The notes under the pieces were generated by a model. It saw only the letters and a list, made by a program, of their open reading frames with translations, ran no database searches and had not been told where the DNA came from. This document shows, piece by piece, positions 1 to 12,710 of a DNA stretch of 64,000 bases (positions within the stretch are counted from its first letter, which is position 1; the number at the start of each line of letters is the position of its first letter). The DNA comes from Phoronis australis (Eukaryota; Animalia; Phoronida). The DNA is taken from the NCBI GenBank assembly GCA_002633005.1, contig NMRA01000199.1, forward strand, positions 645,950 through 709,949. The letters are read 5' to 3'. The position numbers and the translations under genes were made by a program.

Positions 1-1263
1 TTCCATTCTTTGAAGTAGTGTAAACAGCCTTTAAAAATGGAAAATGACAATTTTGGCAATTATTATTTTTGTGTGAAACAAGTAGAGAATCACCATGCCA
101 GAAGACTCGTAAGAAATAATTTGAACAATTATATACAATTCTGTTGAGTTACACTGGAATTGCCCGCAGTGAACACCACTTTAAGGAGGTTACATGAATT
201 AAGTCCATGCCAGATCATGAGCAGACCTTAAAGGGACACAAATCTTACAAGTTCCTCAGGTTTATGGAATTTCAGCAACAAAGAAACATGCAACGCTTCC
301 CTTGTTGTTGACTATGAAAGGAGTTTCCCTAACCTAACTCATGTGAAGTCACTTGATTATGTCGTTGGTTAGACCCCACTTTATTGCACGAGCGGTGAAA
401 AAGTTAATGACAACCAAAATTGGAGTTGGAAATGGAATTCTTTGCAAAATCTCTCTTTCTTTCCACTGACATGCTTCATAGAGCACATAGGCTACACGCA
501 GCCAGGATTGCTGACGAAAACAAAACTGTCGCTTTAAGTGAAAACTATTTTTGACAGGGTTGAATCTTCTTACGTGGTATCCATAACTCGTTTACCGCTA
601 TTAAAATGCATGGAGCATAAATAAGTAGATAGTGCTTTAGGGTCTATCGTCGCCCCAATGACATTACGACGTCTGAAGGTCTAATGGGAAACCAGCTGAC
701 AGAAACTTGATCATCAGAAATGAAACCGTAATCCCCAGGTCCATCCAAGACCAAAAGACTTGATAAGTTTGTTTTGCTGTGAACACTATGTCTTATTTAT
801 TTCTAAAGTGCAGTCCACACACAGACCTACCCTAGAACAAGTTACTCATGGACGAGTTGTCAATAGGTTTGGAGGCTTTGTGAACGTTATTTAAATTAGT
901 GCAACATACCCCACTTGTGACATCTAACTCTACCTTATCGAGGTAGGGTAACTTGTTTTAGGGTAACTTGTGCCCCTTCTATTTCCTGTGTGGCCAAAAA
1001 CCTGGGGCAAGGCGAAAGTAATTATCAGCTACGGTGGTTACGTACAGACGAGTTTTCTTTTGCATGCCGTGTTCGCAGTGGGTGTTCATTATCACGAAGA
1101 GAGCGACAACTTCTGCCTTACCGTAGTTGTCGAATCTTAAATAAGCACGTGAAAACCACTGATATGGTGGTGGATTATAAATAACAGAAAATATATTCAC
1201 ACTAAAGAGACCTCAGAATCATTTTTCCAAAAGTAAGCATCAGCATTGTGTATAAGAACTTAC

Positions 1264-1378
1264 CAATGCTCTGTACAAGATTGACCAATGTAAGACCATC
1301 GCCAAGACTTTTGCAAAGATCTCCAATCAGGCGACACTTGTGAGCTTTGAGTACAACATTAGCCCAAGTGGTGTGGTA
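1264..1378 (-). CDS. Internal exon encoding the N-terminal part of a calponin-homology (CH) domain
   Basis: Acceptor cattgcag|TAC and donor ATTG|gtaagt; 115 nt, phase 0 to phase 1. Translation YHTTWANVVLKAHKCRLIGDLCKSLGDGLTLVNLVQSI(G) fits the CH consensus TxWxNxxL...IxDLxxxLxDGxxLxxL, as in Neuron navigator/DIXDC1/spectrin-type CH domains. The orthologue is not identifiable by eye. Confidence 0.7.
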
Positions 1379-1917
1379 CTGCAATGATATAGGTCAATGT
1401 AAAATTAAATCTGCATTTTGCCCAGTTTCAAGCTGGCTAAAAGTCTCATCAAATCGGTCTCAAAATATTCCTTACCATGACAGGAATCTGTTTCTGTAAC
1501 AAAATACAGCTTTAAATGCAAGACATATTCAAAACTGTCCACAAACAGAACAACTTTTTAACAGTTAGAATTTTTGTTAAACTGATTTCAATTTTCTGAA
1601 TTTGTGCTGTAAGTCCTTGACATTTGTTTCAAAGATGACTGACATACCATTCCCTACATGTTATGGCAGTCGGTACACAGTAGATTTCATAATTCAAAGG
1701 TTACCCTGTCACTTTCATTTCAGTTGGAACCATCAAGTCACATGAAGCAGACACAGAAATGAATAGACGAAATCCAGTTGAAATAAAACAACAAAGTACG
1801 TCTTTGTGCATATATAATGCAGTTGGGAGACTTTATTTGAAGTGTTAAATGTGACACATTTTGAAGTACATGCTACAGTCTGCTGTATTTTCTTACCACA
1901 GGGGCTTCTCAGGGCTC

Positions 1918-2350
1918 CAGTGCCGGGTTGCATGAAACAGTCCCAAATAGGGACTCAACTAAATTCCTTAAATCTTTTTCGTATTTTTTTCATTCTTTAG
2001 GCACAGATGTAATATTTTTTCTATAATTTTATCTTTATTGTGACTGAGCTCTTCGTTGACTAATGAAATTTTCTAATGATATAACTAAAAACTGAGCCTT
2101 TAATTCAATCAAAACAGTTAGGGACGTAGCATGAAAAGATCCCTATTTATTTTCAATAACATTGAGAATTCAATCTAGATTTCACTCTCAATTTTTTATC
2201 AAAGCCAATATTGGCATAGTAATGATTCTCAAACAGCATAAACAGCATAAGATATGGCAATCAGTGTTTTCACAAGCCCGCAAATACGCAGTAGATTTAG
2301 GGACTTTAGCTGAGACCCTATTTGGGACTGTTTCATGCAACTGGGCACTG
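1918..2350. mobile_element. MITE with ~58-bp terminal inverted repeats (PIF/Harbinger-like)
   Basis: Left end cagtgccgggttgcatgaaacagtcccaaatagggactcaactaaattccttaaatct; reverse complement of the right end cagtgcccagttgcatgaaacagtcccaaatagggtctcagctaaagtccctaaatct. Interior is AT-rich and non-coding. The superfamily assignment is inference. Confidence 0.8.
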
Positions 2351-4357
2351 CAGTTTTCCTGGTTCACTGAGGAATAACAAATAATTATCAGTAGTCACTT
2401 ACTTAAAGCTGCATTTCTCAGCAGTTAGGCTGTCAATATTGAATTCCTAACCAAAGTTTTTAGGGTTAGAAACACAACCAAGCTCATTTGATCTTGAGTT
2501 ATTGTTGCCCGATGAGCTGGTACTCACGTCATAGGCAATGTGTAGGTGAAACATTTTTGAATTTGCAATTCTGAAGCATTTTCTTCAGTTGCTGTTGGTT
2601 TCCATGTCCTTGTTGGAAATGAAACCCTGTCACAGTAAGGGATACTATGAAACCTACTTTACGAGAGTAAAAGACAAATTAGGCAAAATGCAGCTTTGAC
2701 TTTAGTTAAAATGGGTATGAACCCGCTTTTCATCACAAAAACCACCTTTTGATTGAAACTTATCGCTGTGAAATTGGTCTCAAATTGTTCCTCAATCAAA
2801 CTGAAGCTAATTTAAGTATTTTAAAAGAACTGGCAGTCCATTCACTGCCTTACCATCATTGTGCCCACCATGGTTTCAAGGAATAACATTTTTATGGTGG
2901 TAAGTTGTCTGAATCATAAGTTTGCTTCTTCGATAGAACTTGGGACTATAGCAACTTTAAGCAGACTGTTAATTTCACAAGTTAATTAGCAAAACCACAG
3001 TATATACGTAAACTACAGGTCCCTGAACACTCAAGCAGCAAATTATCCCAAAAGGTGTACCATCATTGGACCCTTACATTGCAAATGTCCTGCTTTTCTT
3101 GAATCGCTTTACTCCTTTAGTAGCTCACCAATACTTTTTCATAACCTTTGTTATAATGTTTAGAATCTTTGAGAGACAGACAGCAGATATACTCAGGTTT
3201 TTTTTCAAGTGAACCATTTCCCTTAGTTGAGATTTACCTCTTGATCAGGGCTCTATATATTAAGGGGTTTGTTTTTTATTTCCAGCTCTCTTTGTCAGTT
3301 CCTGTCTTGCAACCTTGGAAAACGTGTATTTTGGTACAATAAGTAAAGCCTTACAGGTTTTAGAAGACAACACCCTCTCTGAACAATTCATGTAAGCTAC
3401 TGAAAAATTGTTCTCCAAAGCCAAATCTAGATTTTATATACCAAAGTTATCAGTGTATGTAATTCTTAATTAAGCAAACATCTGTAGTTACTTTCATGGT
3501 TTATACCACATGTGGTGTGTTATAAGTTTATAGTATGAAGACAAGTAGACAACTATGTTTTAAGATTTTATGCCCTTAGAATGCAAAATGCCATAATGAA
3601 ACAAGATCTGAAATAAGAGATACAGGAACTAACTTTTATTACAAAGTTTTTTTTAATTTAGAATACAACATGAGGAAAAGTGCATTTCAAAATTTCTCAG
3701 CAAAAATATGTGTAAAGGAAAGATGCTGCACTTTGCAACTGGTACCATGAAAGATTGAATCTGTGCAGCACTGAAGAGAGGCTGAGCAATTGTTTTTGTG
3801 GGAAAATAGACGGCCTTTTGTTTTCAGGGAAAAACTATGAAAATTTATTTTAGATGTTACTAGTGTGATAATATTGCGAAAACTGAAGAAACGGTCTTGG
3901 TTCCAGGGACCTGTTTCAAGAAAAGTGACTTTTAAGGATTAAAATCAAAAATCTGGTCTTAGGATCTACGCTACTATTTGTGAGAAATAAGTAAATCTCA
4001 CTTCAGCAAAAGTACATTTATTGGGAACATACCCATCACTGCTACTTTGTGAGATAATTTGTATAAATTATTATAAATTATGACTTACTGATAATTACAT
4101 AGCTTCATTTTTAATCAGCAATTGTGAAATGGGATAGTAAGGTCAAACTTCTGACTTTATGTTACCCGGCGAGATCCTAAAAACTCCAAATTTGATTGAC
4201 TTCAGAACATATCTCAGAAATGGCTGATCCAATACAAACGAAACTTTCAGAGATAAAGACGATCCACTTTTGCAAAAAGGGCTATTAAAAATAGAAACAA
4301 ATCCAGACAATTAGAACGATAAGACTTTCTAGTACTAAGATTAGAACAAATTCTTAC

Positions 4358-4579
4358 CTCAATCTGTTTCACAACGCCTTCTTCCGAGGCATAACTAGCG
4401 TATTTCAAGGGTGTAGCGTAACTACTTTTGTAAAAGAACTTTTTAGGCATACTCTCTGGAGATGTCTCAGCCAGATGTTTGACATGACGAAGAGAGGAAG
4501 GTCTGGTCTCACCGTTGTCGTTGGATCCATCTACCCAAGAGATGAACGGCTTGCCAGGCCAACTACGGTCCTTACCCAT
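4358..4579 (-). CDS. Probable first coding exon of the CH-domain gene
   Basis: ATG at 4579 opens 74 codons (MGKDRSWPG...EEGVVKQIE) ending at a strong phase-0 donor GAG|gtaaga. Joining to 1378 gives KQIE-YHTTWAN, with the Q-to-W spacing of the CH consensus QKKTFTRW. Confidence 0.5.
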
Positions 4580-7049
4580 CAGTGAAGAGTTAAGTTGTAA
4601 AATACAGTACTAGAGCCTCATGCCTGACGTAACAAGTGTGGAGTTCAACAGAGTTGAATGTCTATTTGCCGCCATGTGAACTGTGGGATAATCCATTTGT
4701 AATCTGTTCTTAAACCTGTAATATATTAAATTCAATTCACCATTGAACCCAGTGTGAACTTAAATCCTGTATTGATAGCATCATGGATAAATGTTAATCT
4801 ATCTAGAATACAAATGTCAGCCAAATAAATTTTATCATGTCAAATTTCTAAGCAAAAATAGACATTTTTAAGAAAATTTGGTGCCTACCTGTTCTACAAA
4901 TAGCATGATTTGCTCCACGAAATAGTCTGGTAAAAACTTGATTGAAAACAGAACTGTTACTGAGACACAGACCTCAGTGTAACTTATAAATACCAAACTG
5001 ACCATATAATCATCAGTGGTACTCAGCATTCCAAGCAAGCAATCCCAAGTCATCATTGTACTTAACAACCAGTAATCTCATAAGGACTGCATTCAGAGCA
5101 TTGTTAAAATAAACCTCTTTATTATAGAGTAGGCACACACTAACCTACAGTAATGACAGTGCAGACTGTAGGCTTCAGAATTAATTATTGTGAATCCTAG
5201 CCTTGCTTGAGTGACCTTCTGACTTCTGTTGATCAAGACTATAAAGCTGAACCTCTAGCTTATTTAATCAAAGCACCATTCTTTCAATTAATCTTTGACA
5301 TCCAACTATGACATTCTATATGAAATGGAGTGAATGACTGACATTAACTTTCTGAAATGTCTCCTACAGCCAGACACAATAAGGGGTTGTTTAACCTTGA
5401 ATGCAGCCTGAATCGGCAGCACAAATATAACCACTACCTATGGCCATAGCCTGCAGGGATTGAGAGGAGTGGGACATTCCCTCACTGACTGATCTAGGAT
5501 GACCTAAGAGAAAGACCAACCACAAGCAAAGTGTTTAGAAACGTGAAGTTGTTGGTGGGGAGACTTCTAAAAATGAAGGAGTGCTAAGAGGTTCACTCGC
5601 GAGAAGGAGTAAAGTATTTTGATTATTTTATTGGCAATGACGTCTATATTTTAATTTTAGTTAATTCATTTTCATTCCAGAGATAACTTTGGTTTTAAGA
5701 AATGTCCACCAGGAAGACTAGCCTGCAGTGACCGACTACACGAGTAACGAACAGTANAACCCCCCCCCCCCCCCACCTTGTGAAAGGACAATACAAGACT
5801 AATCTCTTGTAAGTTGGTCATAAGGAATGTCACCCACCAGCAGTTAGTACTTAACGTGTCACGATATTTCATTCAAGCACGCTGTCGCTGATCCCAGGTA
5901 GACCATCTGCACTCAGGAACTAGTCGCATCCTCAACTGTTGGTATGTCAGCTTAAAAAACGCACTTTGTAACCAGGAAGCGTCGTCACCTCTGCATTGGC
6001 CAGCAACGCAGTGATCCCAACACAACAGCTTTTAAATATTAATGTACAATTCCACACCGGTTTCACGAGCATCTGAAGATCAACCATACTTTCTGGTCTC
6101 GTTGGGTCACAATAAACCTTCAAATACCATTACTTAGGCCCTGCTACAGTACAAGGAAAACCGCAAACTTACCCGTCTGCAAATGAGCACGTAGTAAGAT
6201 TACAATACGCTGACAGTAATGAGTAAAGGTCCACTTTCAAAGGGGTTGTGGTTTCTGAGTGCGGTTATGAATAATAGAATTCACATTTGTCCGTGTAGGG
6301 TATAAATACGCTTCATTCCATGCACCTTGGTACTGTAACCTATAAACACGCCGGACAAAGAACTTCGCATTACAATAGCCCCAATAAACAGTTCACACCT
6401 GTTGAGCTGTTTGGATTCAATACACACTTTATCGGGTAATACCGGTTGGAAAGAAATCCCGGGAAGGATAACCAAGAGGCGGTAAAAATGCTAGGCGTGA
6501 ACTTGGAATATTGCTTAGTCTCAAGATCGCGTATGCGTGAACTTGGAATACATGAGGAAAGTTGAGTAGTTAACTGAAATAATGACGTTCACGTCGTTAA
6601 AAAATCGGACAATGCTAAATCAAATTACATTTTAAAAAATAACGTAAATTTTATTCAACTTTTTTAACTATTGGCTATCTTATTCACTAAACAATAATAA
6701 ATTTCAAAAAGCTCATCTGATTCTAGAAAATGAGATGCCTATTGACTTGAATGTGATATCTACGTCCTAAAAATGTCGCCATGGCACCCATATTAATTTT
6801 ACGCAGCAGAGACAGTTGTGATTGCAGTTTTGGTATTACCGCTTCAATTTATCTTTTGATAATGGAGTCAAAATCTTATGTATCGCTAAGTAAGTTGCTT
6901 TCTTTTGTGGTGATAGTGACTAACTTTATCTGGCAGTGTTGATCACGGGATTCGATCGGCCAGTAAATGATTTTCTGGGATCAGCCTCAGCACGGGCCCG
7001 GAGCCTCCGAGGCCTCATGATGACGGCGACGATGACGACGACGAAAATA

Positions 7050-9390
7050 AATTGATTATTGATTTTTATTTTATAAATGTAATATTTGCAATAAAGATAG
7101 CCCCATCAGTTCACACTGCTTTCCATGGGGGCCCTCAGTATAAACATACAGACAGTAAGACAAACTAACAGAATTACGAAATGAAAGACAATATTTAAAT
7201 AATTAGTAAAGAATAGGAAAAAAGAATAAGAAATTAACGTGGAAAGACCGGTGAAACAAAATGAAAAATAAAATATGATAAATAGAAGATAAAGAAAGTA
7301 AGACAAGATGATTAACTAAAATATAAATATAAATAATTAAAAACAGACAATAAATAATTAACAAAAGTAAGACATAACATTATATATATATATATATATA
7401 ACGTTATGTCTTACTTTTGTCTTACTTGTGTATAAGAGTGCATATGTATACATGCGCATATATATATATATTATACACACGCGCGCGCGCATGTATACAT
7501 ATGCACTCTTATACACACATACATAAATACAAACATACACATGAATACACAACTACACACATACACATATATACACATGAATAAAAATAGTCTGATATGG
7601 GGATACTGAATGTAAGTTTATTCAACAGAACGCATCTACTTGAAGTTAAATCGATTTCTTGAAATTCTTTTAAAGGTTATCAAGGTTGGTGCAGATTTGG
7701 CATCTGCTGGGAGAGTGTTCCGTAAATAGGGCCCGCTGTAGGAATTTTTTTTTCTCAGTTTCAGTGCTGGGTTTCGGAAGATTGAAGTTGGATGATAATG
7801 AGGACCTAGTATTGTAGCGATTAGTAGTCCTCTTAAACTTAAGTATGTCGGGATAAAACATTTAAAATATTTGTACATACAACAAGCAGATGTGTGTATT
7901 TTCATTTTTCCAGTCTCCGTGTGAAGGTTTTCAATCTTAACATCTCTCACACCAGCTCCAAGAATAATCCGGGCAGCCTTATTTTGGAAAAACTGGATGG
8001 TTTTCACATCCTTGCATGATGCAACACCCCACACCGGGAGGCAATAATCTGGGTGAGGTTGAATAATAGCATTGAAAAGGGTTTTCAGTGTTACTCTGTT
8101 CACAAATTTTCTGATGCGTATCAATACGCCAATTTCCTTAAACACCTTTTTCGAGGTATAATCAACGTGGTGAGAGAATTTAACATTTTGATCATATATT
8201 AGTCCCAGATATTTAAAGGAACTCACGTTCTCAATTGGACTTCCATTCCTACTCAATGACAGGGTTTGGTATTTTAGTCTTTGGGAAGTGCCAAACAGAT
8301 GGATAATTCATTGGATACAAGCCAATCTGAAGTGATTGCTAAATCATAGTTGAGATTGGTCTGGATTTCAGATGAGGTTCTGCCTGCGGACAGTATTGTA
8401 GTGTCATCCACATACAGAACAATCTTAGAATTTTGAATTAATGAGAGGGGATCATTGACAAAGATGCAAAATAGCAAAGGCACCAGTATTGACCCTGGGA
8501 ACACCTGTTTTAACAGATTTGAGATCAGAGATATATCTTTTCCGACACGGGTAGCTTGAGTTCTGTTACCAAGATAATCCTGAAACCACAAGGCTTCGAC
8601 ACCGGTGACCCCATAGGCTTTAAGCTTCTTTAACAAGATAGTGTGGTCGAAGGTGTCAAATGCCTTCTTTAGATCAGTAAAAACAGCACCAGTAATAATC
8701 CTTGATCTGTATTTGTATAAATATGGTCAGTGACATCAATGTTAGTAGTTAATGTTGAATGGAGTGGTCGGGAATCAGATTTGGCTTTAGTCAAGAGGTT
8801 AGTACTTTTTAAGTAAGAATGAAGCTGTTTGTGGACCCATTTTCAAGGATATTTGAAAAAGATGTCAGAATTGAAATGGGTCTGTAATTTGCGCAGCACG
8901 ATTTGTCACCGTCTTTGAAAAGTGGAATAACAACGGCCGATTTCCACTCTGGTTGATGTTTTCGATGATAAATTGATCAGTGACGTAATGGGCTGAGAGA
9001 TTGTCTCAGCATATAATTTAAGGATTTTAGTACTTATGCCGCCAATTCCAGAAGCAGAATTGCCATTCATTGATTTGAGTTGCTGGAAAACAAAATTAGC
9101 GTCAACCTCATGGAATTTAAAAGCTATCTCTTCGCTGACCTGGGGTGGAAATAAATGGCTAGTTTTTTTAATTTTCGGGCTAGGTTATGGCCAATATTCG
9201 TGAAAAAGTCGTTAAAGGTATTAGCCATGATTGCATTATCAGAGGTCATGCCATCATTCGTATTCAGTTCAGCGATATTTGTATTCGATTTCCCTGGTAA
9301 AACAGACTTTATAATTTTCCATAAGGATTTACCATCTGATTTGTAGTCATTAATGAATGTATTATAATAATCTGCGTTGGCCTGTTTTAA
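7050..9390 (-). mobile_element. Decayed, 5'-truncated CR1/L2-type LINE (RT and C-terminal region, 3' UTR), copy 1
   Basis: Frameshifted RT motifs YRPIS, DLKKAFDTFDHTILLKKLKAYGV, GSILVPLLF, LYVDDT, FKYLGL, HPDYCLPVWG, QNKAARII. The 3' UTR carries a (TA/TG) microsatellite and an A-rich end near 7050. Confidence 0.88.
7381..7578. repeat. Compound (TA)n/(CA)n/(CG)n microsatellite within the LINE 3' UTR
   Basis: tatatatatatatatatata, acacacgcgcgcgcgc and acacacatacatatatacac tracts. Confidence 0.8.
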
Positions 9391-11672
9391 AGAATAACAC
9401 AAGCACAGAGAAATAAAAGAGAAACGTAAAAACACAAGACAAAAAGAGAAAACTACAAGCTCAAGACACGAATCGAAAACTTTATTTCCGTAAAAATATG
9501 AGAAACAAAAGTAAAAACCTCTGCAGGCAGAGCTAAACCTGAAACGCTAAATGACAATCGTGTTTTACGCCGGCCTTGAAAGAGACCAAAGTCATCTCAT
9601 ACTTGTTTTCTAACGTCTTTCTTGCAAAGGGTTTGCGTTGGTCGCACACATCACGGTGAGTATAGTGGTATTAGCTTTTCAGTACAGTCAGTCGTCAAGG
9701 GCGTTAATTAACGACACCAAATGATATCTGGCATGTCTTTTACCTCACACCAGTTTGTAATTTCGCCCTTCTCTTGTCGTCTCTTGTAGTCACGATTTCT
9801 GATACTAGCCAAATGGAATAAAAATACGTTTAATGAGTTGAAACACACTTAGCTTTAAACAATGGTGTGCATAGATTTTTGTCAGTTCTAAAGTCTTTTG
9901 AAATAAACGTTTGTATTGTTCGGCAAAAATGAATTACGAAAATCTGTCCTATCAGACTGCCATGATTTAAAAACTTTACCGGTATGTTTATTGTTTTTAT
10001 TGGAAAACTCGAACACTGCTGATAACTCCACTCCCTCCGTTTTGCTGCGAAACAAGCGCCGTTGACGGGATGACTTTCGTGCTGTTTTATCATTCCTCTA
10101 CACATCAAGGATTCCTTTCACATATTTGACAGAAAGAAGAGAAAAGGCGGCAACAACAGGATTGTTCTAAGCCCCCTCAATCCTCTCGACCCCTTGTACC
10201 TGCTCCCATGACCTTTTAGAGGGTATAGGGACTTTTCCTCTGACGTGAGTGAGGACACTAAATGCGTGCATGTCATAAGGGTAATTTGGATTACGCTAAC
10301 AATTATAATATGCATTTTTAAGTTGCGTCGTTGCATATCATAAGGGCTACCGTAATTAAAATCACCCGTTTAATTTAATTACGGCAACCCTTATGATATG
10401 CATGCACTTACCTGTATCCTGCGATGATGCAACTTAAAAGTTGCGTCATCGCAGCATATAAATACAACCTCTGCAGGTGTTAGTCGTCAAAAGGAACACA
10501 CCCATTCCATCACAGTCGTGAACATCAAGTCCTGGTAAGTCTTTGCTCAGAAATTTGTCATGTTCCGAGAATAATGCTACATTATTGCATGCACAATCCG
10601 AAAAATGCATTTGTATAGCTAAGGACATTTCGTCATGCTGGTGGGATTCTCTTGTTTTGCCATCAACGTACTTTTCTTTTTTCGCTGACGTTCGCTAAAT
10701 GTCACTTGACTCAATTAATAGCAGATTGGCGAAAAGTAAAAAACATTTTACTGCCTTTCTATTTTTTTAGAAAACATATCCTTTTACTGAGCTTAAATCT
10801 ATAGTATTGCGAATATATGGTTAAGTACACATCCTTGTCGAAAAGGTCCTACATAGGAGCTCCTTATTAAAGGTGCCCTCTAGTTTTTGATTTGGTTCTC
10901 CCTTCAGGTTGGCAACCGTTGGCGGGTACCAAGAGATAGCTTTAGACCCAGCACATCAGAAAGAAACCTGGTGCCACAAAAAGTGATAAAAAATTCCGCT
11001 AGACTCGGGTTTGCATGACAAAAGAAAACCTCAGTAAATTGCAATGACTTAATAAAAACCTGCATAACGTTATATCGGAATGAGGTAGAGACGAGATTTT
11101 TGAAGCATTTGATAGCACATTTATGTCATGTTGAAAGTGAAACTGAATTTAAGTAAGTAAAAAATTGTTGAAATGTCATTAACGTGGCAAATCGTGCAAG
11201 GTGTCCGAATTTATGAACACGAATCATATTACCTTAATAAAAACATCCAGTGTTGTTGCATCGTTCATGTTCTACACATGATGGGGAAGTTTTTAACCTT
11301 TCGCTAAACATGGACAACATACAAATAGCCCGTTTTGAGAATTTTTGGAAAGGAAATTATTTACGTGCGTAATTTTCACTTAAAGAGTTCTGGAACGCAC
11401 TATTCAAAGTGGTTCTCTGCCACTGAAACAGAAGTCAAACTGAACACCAGGTATTTTCCGATTTGTTCGTAAGGATTTAAGATTTCTGTTGATATCAAAG
11501 CGTTTTTCTTTTGGTTTCAACTTTCATAAAAACGATGTGTCAACTGTTCGTAACTTCAACGATTTTTCTCCAGCAAGGCGAAGCACGTTTTCATATTTGG
11601 TGTAGCAAGACATAGACGTTGCACGTTTCTCTTATATGGAAATATGACCTTTGATCTTTGATGTAAACGAAA

Positions 11673-11915
11673 NNNNNNNNNNNNNNNNNNNNNNNNNNNN
11701 NNNNNNNNNNNNNNNNNNNNNNNNNNNNNNNNNNNNNNNNNNNNNNNNNNNNNNNNNNNNNNNNNNNNNNNNNNNNNNNNNNNNNNNNNNNNNNNNNNNN
11801 NNNNNNNNNNNNNNNNNNNNNNNNNNNNNNNNNNNNNNNNNNNNNNNNNNNNNNNNNNNNNNNNNNNNNNNNNNNNNNNNNNNNNNNNNNNNNNNNNNNN
11901 NNNNNNNNNNNNNNN
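11673..11915. other. Assembly gap (243 N)
   Basis: Run of N inside the tandem array. Confidence 1.
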
Positions 11916-12710
11916 ATCCATTGATTTGAGTTGCTGGAAAACAAAATTAGCGTCAACCTCATGGAAATTAAAAGCTATCTCTTCGCTGACCTGGGGTGGA
12001 AATAAATGGCTAGTGTTTTTAAATTTTTGGGCTAGGTTTTGGCCAATATTCGTGAAAAAGTCGTTAAAGGTGGAGTGGTCGGGAACCAGGTTTGGCATTA
12101 GTCAAGAGGTTGGTAGTTTGGAAGTAAGAATGAAGCTGTTTGTGGACCGATTTTTCAAGGATATTTGAAAAAGATGTCAGAATTGAAATGGGTCTGTAAT
12201 TTGCGCAGCACGATTTGTCACCGTCTTTGAAAAGTGGAATAACAACGGCCGATTTCCACTCTGACGGTATGGTTGATGTTTTCGATGATGAATTGATCAG
12301 TGACGTAGTGGGCTAAGAGATTGTCTCAGCATATAATTTAAGGATTTTAGTACTTATGCCGCCAATTCCAGTAGCAGAATTGCAATCCATTGATTTGAGT
12401 TGCTGGAAAACAAAATTAGCGTCAACCTCATGGAATTTAAAAGCTATCTCTTCGCTGACCTGGGGTGGAAATAAATGGCTAGTGTTTTTAAATTTTTGGG
12501 CTAGGTTTTGGCCAATATTCGTGAAAAAGTCGTTAAAGGTATTAGCCATGACTGCATTATTAGATGTCATGCCATCATTCGTATTCAGTTCAGCGATATT
12601 TGTATTCGATTTCCATTGTAAAACAGACTTTATAATTTTCCATAAGGATTTACCATCTGATTTGTTGTCATTAATGAATGTATTATAATTATCTGCGTTG
12701 GCCTGTTTTA
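11916..12710 (-). mobile_element. CR1/L2-type LINE fragment, copy 2 (5' part only)
   Basis: Near-identical to 8760-9390 (MANTFNDFFTNIGQNLA..., LWKIIKSVL) with the same upstream flank, so it was duplicated with the segment rather than inserted independently. Confidence 0.85.

Noticed and set aside
850-925. Possible next CH-domain exon (DVTSGVCCTNLNNVHKA...)
   Set aside because: The acceptor is weak, there is no convincing donor, and similarity is marginal.
9830-10628. ORFs recurring three times (MCRGMIK..., MSLAIQM...) as a gene family
   Set aside because: Recurrence is explained by the segmental duplication. Starts and stops differ between copies, and there are no motifs or splice structure.
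11916-12071. Internal tandem duplication of the LINE next to the gap
   Set aside because: It is almost identical to 12386-12541 and abuts the N-run, so it is most likely a contig-end artefact.
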